Shown here piece by piece: positions 1 through 6,677 of a stretch of 30,032 bases of DNA. Made by a program: the position numbers and the translations under genes. The stretch is from Candidatus Iainarchaeum sp. (GTDB taxonomy: Archaea > Iainarchaeota > Iainarchaeia > Iainarchaeales > CSSED10-239): NCBI GenBank assembly GCA_028700905.1, contig JAQVRT010000004.1, forward strand, positions 1-30,032, read 5' to 3'. The stretch's first letter is position 1; every line of letters starts with the position of its first letter. A model generated the notes under the pieces. That model worked only from the letters and a program-made list of their open reading frames with translations, searched no databases and was not told where the DNA came from.

Positions 1-466
1 TTGTTGAAGAAGGGGTTGCACTTGAAAGCACAACATTAATTGGATCTTCTAAATTTATAGAACTATCAGGAGTTGCAGTTACTGAAGATACTGTATCATA
101 AGAAACTGTATAAGTTCCAGAAGCAATATTAGAATAAATAGAACCTTTTAAAGAAACTGCTTTTATAGTAGTATTTGAATTAATTGAAACAGGAGAACTA
201 TATAAATAAGATGATGAATCAGGATCACTACCATCTAAAGTATAATAAATTAAAGAACCAGACTCATTAGAATTTAAAGAAACAGACAGAGGAAATTCAG
301 AAAAATTAAAAGAACCAGGTACAGGATTAAAAACTGGTCTTGAAACAATTGAAGTTTTAGCCCCACTATCTTCCCAACTAAAAGAATATCTAGAAGATGT
401 TTTGGATTGATTATTTTTTGAAACTTCTATAGATAAATAATAAGAATCACCACAAGAACCATTACC
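1..466 (-). CDS. Partial ORF running off the window start, with a chitobiase/beta-hexosaminidase C-terminal-like (CHB_HEX_C / Fn3-associated type) surface domain. It has no start codon and lies in frame directly after the TAA of the pilin-like ORF, so it may be an interrupted gene or pseudogene.
   Basis: My own translation of the minus strand from 466 to 1, in the frame of ORF 467..955, is stop-free: GNGSCGDSYYLSIEVSKNNQSKTSSRYSFSWEDSGAKTSIVSRPVFNPVPGSFNFSEFPLSVSLNSNESGSLIYYTLDGSDPDSSSYLYSSPVSINSNTTIKAVSLKGSIYSNIASGTYTVSYDTVSSVTATPDSSINLEDPINVVLSSATPSST. The segment FNPVPGSF...IYYTLDGSDP..SS.LY..PV.I..NTTIKAV matches the hallmark pattern of CHB_HEX_C-type domains. There is no in-frame ATG or TTG, and the only GTG sits near position 25. 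Confidence 0.5.
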
Positions 467-910
467 TTAATCAATATCTGAAACAATTAAATTATTTGTA
501 ACTAATGGATTTAAATTATCTTCAGGAATAATATTTCCATCTAAAATAACAGTATAATCTCCTTCATTTAAAACATCATTATCTTTATTTTCAATAATTA
601 ATTTATAAGTACCTTCTCTGGATAAAGGTTTCCAAGAAAAAGACAAAAGCCCAATTTTTCTTAAAGTACCTCCAACATCAATAGTTTCACAGTCTAAATA
701 ATTAGCTTTAACAGAAGTTATTGTTGGGGGTAAAGGACCATCGGTTGAAGAAGAAACATTATCAACTTGTTCTGATGCTGAATCTCTAGATTGTCCACCT
801 AAAGAAACTAAAATAGTTACAATAACAACAGCTACTAATACACCACCACCTATTAATATTAAAGTTTCTAAACTTCCTTGACCTTTTTTAGATTTAATAG
901 AATTTATCAT
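467..910 (-). CDS. Archaeal type IV pilin-like protein with a class III signal peptide
   Basis: From the ATG at 908..910 the protein starts MINSIKSKKGQGSLETLILIGGGVLVAVVIVTILV. This is a basic N-terminus, a KG/Q prepilin-peptidase-type site, the QxSxExxxL class III signal motif (QGSLETLIL) and then a hydrophobic helix. A GGGA Shine-Dalgarno-like element precedes this ATG. The track start at 955 is a TTG that adds 15 unlikely residues. Confidence 0.7.
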   Translation of the reverse strand: MINSIKSKKGQGSLETLILIGGGVLVAVVIVTILVSLGGQSRDSASEQVDNVSSSTDGPLPPTITSVKANYLDCETIDVGGTLRKIGLLSFSWKPLSREGTYKLIIENKDNDVLNEGDYTVILDGNIIPEDNLNPLVTNNLIVSDID

Positions 911-978
911 TTTTCCCAAATTAAATAATTGTATATAATTAAAAATAACATACAAAATATTTATAAAGGAATAGATTT

Positions 979-2325
979 TTAATTATCATCTATTTTTTCT
1001 TTAGAATCTTTATTTTTATTAGATTTTTTAATTAAACTATAAGGATTAGCCTCTTCTTCCTGAGAAGAATCTTTTTGTGAAGATTCTTCATTTAAAGACT
1101 CTTCTTTAAGTTTATTTCTTTCTGTAAAGAAAAACATAAAAGTAGTTGTAATATTTGTTAAAAAGATTACAAGAAAAGTTATTGGTAAAAGAATTAAAGT
1201 ATAACTATTAACAAGCCCCATAGCAATAGGGTAAGTTCCTAAAACAGCAGCAGCAAGTCCTCTTGCATGAAGAGATAAAATATATCTTGTATCTTGCTTA
1301 ATTGTCTTATCTCCAGAAAAAACATATATGGATAAATATCTAGAAGCAATTGACACAAAAATTAAAACTGCAGAAATTAAAATAATATTTAAAGTTACAG
1401 AAGAAAAATCAATTATAAGCCCTAAATAAATAAAGAAAAATGCTTTTATAAATAAACTAATTTCTGCTTGAAATTTATAAACTTCATTTAAACTTACAAC
1501 ATTATCAAGACTTAAAGTTTTCATTTTAAATATTTTTAAAATCTCATTTGAATTACCTAAAACTAAACCAAAGATTAAAACTCCAAATGCTCCATTTCCT
1601 TTCGCATATTCTATTAAAACATAAATTAAAAATAGAAAAGAAAGAGTTAAAAGATAATTAAATTTTCTAATAACATTAAAATCTCTTAAAACCTTTGTCC
1701 AAACAATTCCAGAAACTGCACCAATAACAGTTGCAATTGCAAATGCAGAAATTATATTTTGAGTTACAAACTGAACACTTGATTTTTGAGTTACAATTAT
1801 TTCAAAAAGAGTTATAAAAACAATAATACACAAAACATCTGTAATTGCAGACTCTAAAGTAATTAAAGTTTTAGTTTCTTCTTTAGATTTAGAATTCATA
1901 ACTAAAGGAATTACCACAGCAGAACTTACACCTCCAATTGCAGAACCAATTAAAAGTGCATAAATTGCAGGTATTGAAAAAATATAATGAAGTAAAACTC
2001 CAGAGAAAAGAACTGTAAAAAAGAAAACTGCAATTGTAAACATTGTAGCTTTTCCAATCTCTCTTAAAACTTTATAGAAATTAAGATGAAGTCCACCTTC
2101 AAAAAGAATAATAATTAAAGCTAAAGACCCAAATAAAGAAGACATACTTTTTAAAATTTCAAGTTGAGAATTAGTAATAAGGTTAAATACAGAACCAATT
2201 AAAAAACCGATGATTAAAAGAATAGAAATATCTGAAAATCTTGTCTTTTTAAAAAAAAGATTCCCAAAGAAAGCAATTAAAAAAATTGCAGAAAATATTA
2301 AAAAAAATGTATTTGGTTCAATCAT
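979..2325 (-). CDS. Monovalent cation:proton antiporter (Na+/H+ exchanger family, CPA1/NhaP-like)
   Basis: The 448-aa protein is polytopic (about 11-12 hydrophobic helices). The N-terminal pattern FFLIFSAIFLIAFFGNLFFKK..ISILLIIGFLIGSVF...LALIIILFEGGLHLNF is typical of Sodium/hydrogen exchanger family proteins. It ends in a hydrophilic, acidic/lysine-rich C-terminal tail. ATG start, TAA stop. Confidence 0.8.
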   Translation of the reverse strand: MIEPNTFFLIFSAIFLIAFFGNLFFKKTRFSDISILLIIGFLIGSVFNLITNSQLEILKSMSSLFGSLALIIILFEGGLHLNFYKVLREIGKATMFTIAVFFFTVLFSGVLLHYIFSIPAIYALLIGSAIGGVSSAVVIPLVMNSKSKEETKTLITLESAITDVLCIIVFITLFEIIVTQKSSVQFVTQNIISAFAIATVIGAVSGIVWTKVLRDFNVIRKFNYLLTLSFLFLIYVLIEYAKGNGAFGVLIFGLVLGNSNEILKIFKMKTLSLDNVVSLNEVYKFQAEISLFIKAFFFIYLGLIIDFSSVTLNIILISAVLIFVSIASRYLSIYVFSGDKTIKQDTRYILSLHARGLAAAVLGTYPIAMGLVNSYTLILLPITFLVIFLTNITTTFMFFFTERNKLKEESLNEESSQKDSSQEEEANPYSLIKKSNKNKDSKEKIDDN

Positions 2326-2344
2326 GGTTTATTATCTCTTTTTA

Positions 2345-2404
2345 TTATTTATTTTATTATTTATTTTATTATCTATTTTATTATTTATTTTATTATTTAT
2401 TTTA
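2345..2404. repeat. Tandem 12-bp repeat ttatttatttta x5 (third copy ttatctatttta), with a degenerate extra copy just upstream
   Basis: Counted directly: copies at 2345-2356, 2357-2368, 2369-2380 (one mismatch), 2381-2392 and 2393-2404. The repeat lies 20-80 nt upstream of the antiporter ATG (2325) and downstream of the stop of the 2467..3840 gene. Confidence 0.9.
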
Positions 2405-2466
2405 AATTTAAATATATATCTTTTATTTATTATATTTATAAACAGATTTTTAAATTTATCTAAAAA

Positions 2467-3840
2467 TTAATCTTTAAAACTATCATAAACATTATTGATC
2501 TTAGAAATGATTTTATCTTGAAAAGTTTTCTTATTTTTAGTTAAATCAATATTATTTTTCTTAAATTCATCAAAAAGATCCATAATAGTTTCATAACAAT
2601 AACCTTTAGAAATTAAAAAAGAATAAACTTGATCTTTTGTAATTGAGTCTTTATAGTTTATAAATAAATTATATAAATTTCTAATAATCTCAGCCTTATC
2701 TTCCTTAAGTTCAGATCTATGATGTAATTTACTTGAAATTTCATCAGTTATATTTCTTTCAAATTCTTTGGATTTATTTAAATTAAGTTTAATATTTTTA
2801 TAATAATCCCAATCATTAGAATTAATTTTTTCAACAGTTTCTTGAATTTCTCTAATTTGATTAATTTTTTCTTTTAAAGAAAGCACTTCTTTTTCTTTAT
2901 TTTTAACATCTTCATAAAATTTTAAAATATTCTCAATCTCTAAAGAGACATCTTTAAAAGAGGCTTTATTAGCTTGAGAATTAAAATCTTCATTTGATTG
3001 CATAATTAAATCTTTTAAACCATAAGAATCTTTTTTTCTAGAATCAATTATTTCTACAATATCTTTTTTTTTAAAACCTTGTTTTGTTAAATTAAAAACA
3101 ACATCTTTTATTTTTTCTCTAAGTTCATCTCTCTTACTAAATGTAGAGTTTATTTCATTTTCACTTTCAGTTAAATCTTTCTTACTATTAATTAATGCCT
3201 TTTTATTAATTATTACAAGATTAATATAAAAGCTTGAAGGGATCTTAGAAGACAATCTACTTTCAAATAAAAATATAAAAAATAATAATAAAGAAATAGA
3301 AATTGGGAAAAATTTAGTTTCTCCAATAATATTAAATAAACTAACTTTTGTAATTATAAAATAAACAATTACAGAGATTAAAAAACCAGAAATTGTTAAA
3401 ACATTTTTTGTAAAGCTAATATTCTTTAAAATTTTATAAACTTTAAAAGCAGCATCAGAATCTAAACCAACTGTTTTTCTAATAATAAAAATTGAACCAT
3501 CTTTATCTGAAAGATCAAGATTATAGAAAACTTCTTTAAATCTACTAATCATTTTTTGAATATTTTCTTCAGAATCATCTAAATTAATTCTACTTATAAG
3601 TTTTGATAAATCTCTTGGAGAAGAAATTAAACTATATAATTTAGTTGTAAGTTTATAGTTAAAAAAACCAACTATAAATAAAACAATTAAAATAATTAAC
3701 GAAAAGATAAATGGAAGAGAATTATTTTTAGAAATTCCAAATACTTGGAAATAATATAATATAGAAAATATTAATGAAGAAAGTAAAATACTTAATATCC
3801 AAAAAAACAATCTACTTTCTTTTTTAAAAGAATAACTCAT
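2467..3840 (-). CDS. Membrane/coiled-coil protein of unknown family (paralogue A of 15226..16620)
   Basis: The 457-aa protein has two hydrophobic helix pairs (about aa 10-62 and about aa 150-195) separated by a soluble segment of roughly 80 aa. These are followed by a long K/E-rich, heptad-like region and a small C-terminal domain (LISKGYCYETIMDLFDEFKK...KINNVYDSF). It is collinear with the 464-aa ORF at 15226..16620. Confidence 0.75.
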   Translation of the reverse strand: MSYSFKKESRLFFWILSILLSSLIFSILYYFQVFGISKNNSLPFIFSLIILIVLFIVGFFNYKLTTKLYSLISSPRDLSKLISRINLDDSEENIQKMISRFKEVFYNLDLSDKDGSIFIIRKTVGLDSDAAFKVYKILKNISFTKNVLTISGFLISVIVYFIITKVSLFNIIGETKFFPISISLLLFFIFLFESRLSSKIPSSFYINLVIINKKALINSKKDLTESENEINSTFSKRDELREKIKDVVFNLTKQGFKKKDIVEIIDSRKKDSYGLKDLIMQSNEDFNSQANKASFKDVSLEIENILKFYEDVKNKEKEVLSLKEKINQIREIQETVEKINSNDWDYYKNIKLNLNKSKEFERNITDEISSKLHHRSELKEDKAEIIRNLYNLFINYKDSITKDQVYSFLISKGYCYETIMDLFDEFKKNNIDLTKNKKTFQDKIISKINNVYDSFKD

Positions 3841-3888
3841 AATTATCTAATATATATTAGTTAATTAGATTTATAAAGCTTTATTTTT

Positions 3889-3896
3889 AAAAAAAA
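3889..3896 (-). terminator. T8 tract immediately 3' of tRNA-Ile(UAU)
   Basis: An A8 run on the plus strand (3889-3896) corresponds to T8 on the minus strand, starting 2 nt after the discriminator base. Oligo-T tracts are the usual archaeal termination signal. Confidence 0.4.
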
Positions 3897-3897
3897 G

Positions 3898-3972
3898 TGG
3901 AAATGGCAGGATTCGAACCTGCGACCTTTGGTGTATAAGACCAATGCTCTAACCAGACTAAGCTACACTTCC
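3898..3972 (-). tRNA. tRNA-Ile, anticodon UAU (reads AUA)
   Basis: Hand-folded reverse complement: GGAAGTG TA GCTT AGTCTGGTTA GAGC A TTGGT CTTATAC ACCAA AGGTC GCAGG TTCGAAT CCTGC CATTTCC A. This gives a 7-bp acceptor stem (one G-U), a 4-bp D stem, a 5-bp anticodon stem, a 7-nt loop C-T-TAT-A-C, a 5-bp T stem and a TTCGAAT loop. No CCA is encoded and there is no intron. Confidence 0.9.
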
Positions 3973-4005
3973 AAAATAATAATATTTTTAAAAAAGATAC
4001 AAAAA

Positions 4006-4344
4006 TTAAACTTCTTTTGAAATATTATTTTCATTGTTAACTTCAATTTCTTGAGAAACTTCTTTAAATTCTCCAAATCTTCCAAGATTAAGTCTTAAAG
4101 ATTTTTTAAATTCTGAAGAATAAAGATTTTCAAAAGAATAAACCTTACCTTCTTCTAACTTTTCTATAGATAAATCCCACAAAGTAAGATAAACAACTCC
4201 AGTATCATCACCAATTAAAGCTTCACAAACTTTATGTTCAATTTCATCTAATCTTGAAACTACTTTTCTTATTTCAGTCTTTGAAATAACTTTACATAAA
4301 AGACTTATTTTTTTTTGGAAAGGTTTTATATCTTTTACTTTCAT
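4006..4344 (-). CDS. Single OB-fold nucleic-acid-binding protein (short archaeal SSB/RPA-like)
   Basis: The 112-aa protein has the segment ISLLCKVISK.....VCEALIGDDTGVVYLTLWD....LEEGKVYSFENLY...F.KSLRLNLGRFGE. This follows the classic RPA/SSB OB-fold pattern (V.V......E..vGDeTG.i.ltlW.......G........f.g...L.lg..g). Confidence 0.6.
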   Translation of the reverse strand: MKVKDIKPFQKKISLLCKVISKTEIRKVVSRLDEIEHKVCEALIGDDTGVVYLTLWDLSIEKLEEGKVYSFENLYSSEFKKSLRLNLGRFGEFKEVSQEIEVNNENNISKEV

Positions 4345-4367
4345 ATATTTATCAAATTTATAAAATA

Positions 4368-4393
4368 ATAACTTGTTAAAATTTACAAGTTAT
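4368..4393. promoter_or_regulatory. Perfect 9-bp inverted repeat ataacttgt-N8-acaagttat upstream of the OB-fold gene
   Basis: Read directly: arms at 4368-4376 and 4385-4393 with an 8-nt AT loop. On the minus strand it sits just upstream of a TTTTATAAA TATA-like box about 20 nt before the ATG at 4344, and downstream of the thermosome stop. Whether it acts as an operator or a terminator hairpin is unknown. Confidence 0.25.
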
Positions 4394-4440
4394 AAATATT
4401 TATAGAAGGTAAGAGTTTATATATTTTTCTTTTTTAAAAT

Positions 4441-6063
4441 CTACATTAAATTGTTTGGCATTCCTTGAAAACCTTGCCCCTTATTCTTTGAAGAAGCTGC
4501 AATAATATCATCTATTCTTAAAATCATTTCAACAACTTCAAAAGAAGAATTAATAATTTGGGTTTTAAGGTTTAATGGTTCAATTACATGTAATTTTGTC
4601 ATATCTTCTATTTTACTATTAATTACATCTACCCCATAACTTTTATTATTTATATCTTGATGTATACTTCTTAAAGAAACTAAAGTATCAATTGCATCAA
4701 GACCAGAACTTTCAGCTAAAATTTTTGGAATAGATTCTAAAACATCTGCAAATGCTTCAATTGCAAGTTGTTCTCTTCCTCCAATTGTTTTTGCATAATT
4801 TTTAAGTCTTAAAGAAACTTCTATTTCACAAGAACCTCCTCCAGAAACATATTTTCCTGATTTTAATGAAGAAAGTACAGCACCAATAGCATCTGTAATT
4901 GTTCTTTCTGTTTCAGATAATACTTGTTCTGAAGAACCTCTTAAAAGAATTGTAACAATTCCTTTTTGTTTAGGATTTTCAATAAACAACATGTTTTCTC
5001 CAGAAATTTTCTTTTCATATACTTTTCCAAAGAAACCTAAATCTTCTTGTGACATATCATTTATTCTTGTAATAATCTTTGCACCTGAAGATTTTGCTAA
5101 AATCTCAATATCTGATTGTTTAACTCTTTTTATTGCAGAAATACCAGCTTTTGAAAGATAATGTTCTGCAAGATCATCAATTCCTTTTTGACAAAAAACA
5201 ATATTTGTTCCAGTTTCAATTAATTTATCAACCATTTTTCTTAATTGACTTTCTTCTTGTTCAATAAACATTTGAAGTTGTTCAGGAGAATTAATTTGTA
5301 TTTTAGTATCATTTTCAGGCTCTCTAATCTCAAGAGCAGTATTTAAAATTGCAACTTTACAATTTTCTAAAGATTTTGGCATTTCAGGATGAACAATCTC
5401 TTTGTCAAGAACAATACCATCAATTATCTTTGTTTCAGAAATTGAAGATCCAATCTTTTTTTCAAGTCTTATTTTATCTCTATCAATTTCTTTATAATTT
5501 GTTTCATTTAAAATCATTAATATAGAATCAACAACAGCTTTTGATAAATAATCACTATAATCTGACGCTTTTCCTGTCATTGAAGTTTTTGCAATATTTA
5601 ATAAAAGTTCTTTATCACTTAAAGAAATATCTTCTGAGATTTCTTGATAAAAAGAAATTGCTTTTTCAGAAGCCATTTTATATCCTCTAATTATTATTGA
5701 AGAATGTATATTTTCATCAAGTAAGTTTTCAGCTTTGGAAACTAACTCTCCTGCAATAATAACACTTGAAGTTGTACCATCTCCAACTTCATCATCTTGA
5801 GTTTTTGCAAGTTCAACAAACATCTTACCTATTGGGTGTTCTATTGACATTTCTTTTAAAATTGTAGCACCATCATTACTAATAGTTACATCTCCAAGTT
5901 CATCAACAAGCATCTTATCCATACCTCTTGGACCTAAAGTAGACTTTACCGCATTAGCAACTGCTTTTGCAACAAGTATGTTTATTTTTTGAGCATCTTT
6001 ACCTCTTTCACGTCTAGTTCCTTCACCAAACATGGCGTTATTTTGTGTTTGAGAATCAGTCAT
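4441..6063 (-). CDS. ths: Thermosome subunit (group II chaperonin, Cpn60/TCP-1 family)
   Basis: Full-length similarity to thermosomes is recognisable. Examples are [11 protein letters not shown], the ATP-site motif [15 protein letters not shown], and a C-terminal Gly/Met-rich tail [12 protein letters not shown] place the start at the ATG 6061-6063 (MTDSQ...). The GTG used by the track at 6070-6072 lies inside the Shine-Dalgarno-like GGTGAT. Confidence 0.95.
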   Translation of the reverse strand: MTDSQTQNNAMFGEGTRRERGKDAQKINILVAKAVANAVKSTLGPRGMDKMLVDELGDVTISNDGATILKEMSIEHPIGKMFVELAKTQDDEVGDGTTSSVIIAGELVSKAENLLDENIHSSIIIRGYKMASEKAISFYQEISEDISLSDKELLLNIAKTSMTGKASDYSDYLSKAVVDSILMILNETNYKEIDRDKIRLEKKIGSSISETKIIDGIVLDKEIVHPEMPKSLENCKVAILNTALEIREPENDTKIQINSPEQLQMFIEQEESQLRKMVDKLIETGTNIVFCQKGIDDLAEHYLSKAGISAIKRVKQSDIEILAKSSGAKIITRINDMSQEDLGFFGKVYEKKISGENMLFIENPKQKGIVTILLRGSSEQVLSETERTITDAIGAVLSSLKSGKYVSGGGSCEIEVSLRLKNYAKTIGGREQLAIEAFADVLESIPKILAESSGLDAIDTLVSLRSIHQDINNKSYGVDVINSKIEDMTKLHVIEPLNLKTQIINSSFEVVEMILRIDDIIAASSKNKGQGFQGMPNNLM

Positions 6064-6078
6064 AAAAATCACCTTCTT

Positions 6079-6087
6079 TTTAAATAG
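6079..6087 (-). promoter_or_regulatory. TATA-like box CTATTTAAA upstream of the thermosome gene
   Basis: The minus strand reads aaCCTATTTAAAAAGAAGGTGATTTTTATG. The same CTATTTAAA core occurs upstream of the histone-fold and cysteine desulfurase genes. Confidence 0.35.
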
Positions 6088-6126
6088 GTTTTTTGTTTTT
6101 TTTTTTTTAAGTTAAAAAAATATTTT

Positions 6127-6166
6127 AAAAAAAATAAAAATAAAAAAATTCCATCTATTCATGGAA
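6127..6166 (-). terminator. Hairpin plus T-tracts at the end of the histone-fold gene
   Basis: The minus strand reads TTCCAT-GAATAG-ATGGAA, a 6-bp stem overlapping the TAG stop. It is followed immediately by TTTTTTT A TTTTT A TTTTTTTT. Confidence 0.4.
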
Positions 6167-6568
6167 TTTTCTTTCAACATCGTTAACTAAGACATCACAA
6201 TCTGCTTTAATTTTTTCTAAAGCTTTTATGATTCTTATTTTTTCAAGTTCAATTGTTTGAATATTTTCAAAAGTTTCTATTGCTTGCTTAAACATACCAT
6301 AATCAACATAACTATAATCAAATTCGTTCATTTTCTTACAAATAGTTTCAACTATTCTTCCTAAGAAAATATTCATTTCTTTTTTAACAACAGATTTTAT
6401 TTGCTTATTTTGATCTAAACTCTCTCTCATAAGTCTTACAACTCTTGCATTAGGGAAAGGAAGTTTTTCATCATCTTCATCTAAAGTTTCATCTTCATCA
6501 TCAACTAAAGATGCATCTTTATTCTCTAAAACTTCTTGATCATTTATTTGTTTTTCAACTTCACTCAT
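6155..6568 (-). CDS. Histone-fold protein (CBF/NF-Y/archaeal-histone-like) with an acidic N-terminal tail and a C-terminal helical extension
   Basis: The core KLPFPNARVVRLMRESLDQNKQIKSVVKKEMNIFLGRIVETICKKMNEFDYSYVDYGMFKQAIE lines up with the histone-fold pattern (compare HMfB ELPIAPIGRIIKDAG.ERVSDDARITLAKILEEMGRDIASEAIKLA....KTIKAEDIELAV). It is preceded by about 35 aa rich in D/E (LVDDEDETLDEDDE) and followed by about 40 aa of predicted helix. AGGGG Shine-Dalgarno-like element, ATG start. Confidence 0.5.
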   Translation of the reverse strand: MSEVEKQINDQEVLENKDASLVDDEDETLDEDDEKLPFPNARVVRLMRESLDQNKQIKSVVKKEMNIFLGRIVETICKKMNEFDYSYVDYGMFKQAIETFENIQTIELEKIRIIKALEKIKADCDVLVNDVERKFHE

Positions 6569-6627
6569 ATTTAAATACCCCTTTCATTAATTATTAAAAA
6601 CACTATAATAATATATGGTACAAAGTA

Positions 6628-6639
6628 TTTAAATAGATT
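6628..6639 (-). promoter_or_regulatory. TATA-like box (AATCTATTTAAA) about 60 nt upstream of the histone-fold gene
   Basis: The 12-mer tttaaatagatt (plus strand) is identical to the one at 25478-25489 upstream of the cysteine desulfurase gene. It matches the archaeal TATA consensus TTTAWATA. Confidence 0.4.
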
Positions 6640-6677
6640 ATTATTAACTAAAAAATAGCACTAAAATAAAAAAAAAA

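Noticed and set aside
467-469. TAA stop-codon reassignment as an explanation for the in-frame TAA after the pilin-like ORF
   Set aside because: TAA is the terminator of most well-supported genes in this window (antiporter, OB-fold, HIT, gatE and others), each at the expected protein end. TAG and TGA are also used as stops. A genome-wide recoding of TAA is therefore not tenable, and only local readthrough, mutation or error remain.
2345-2404. Possible CRISPR array
   Set aside because: The repeats are only 12 bp, directly abutting with no spacers, pure A/T, and there are no cas genes. This is a microsatellite-like tandem repeat.
2210-2470. 86-aa plus-strand ORF from the track (…LFILLFILLSILLFILLFIL…)
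   Set aside because: Its first half is antisense to the N-terminus of the well-supported antiporter gene. Its second half is simply the translation of the 12-bp tandem repeat. It is a compositional artefact.
6070-6072. GTG start giving the thermosome an MIFM N-terminus (track coordinates 4441..6072)
   Set aside because: The GTG lies inside the GGTGAT Shine-Dalgarno-like element. The ATG at 6061-6063, 4 nt downstream of that element, is the sensible start.
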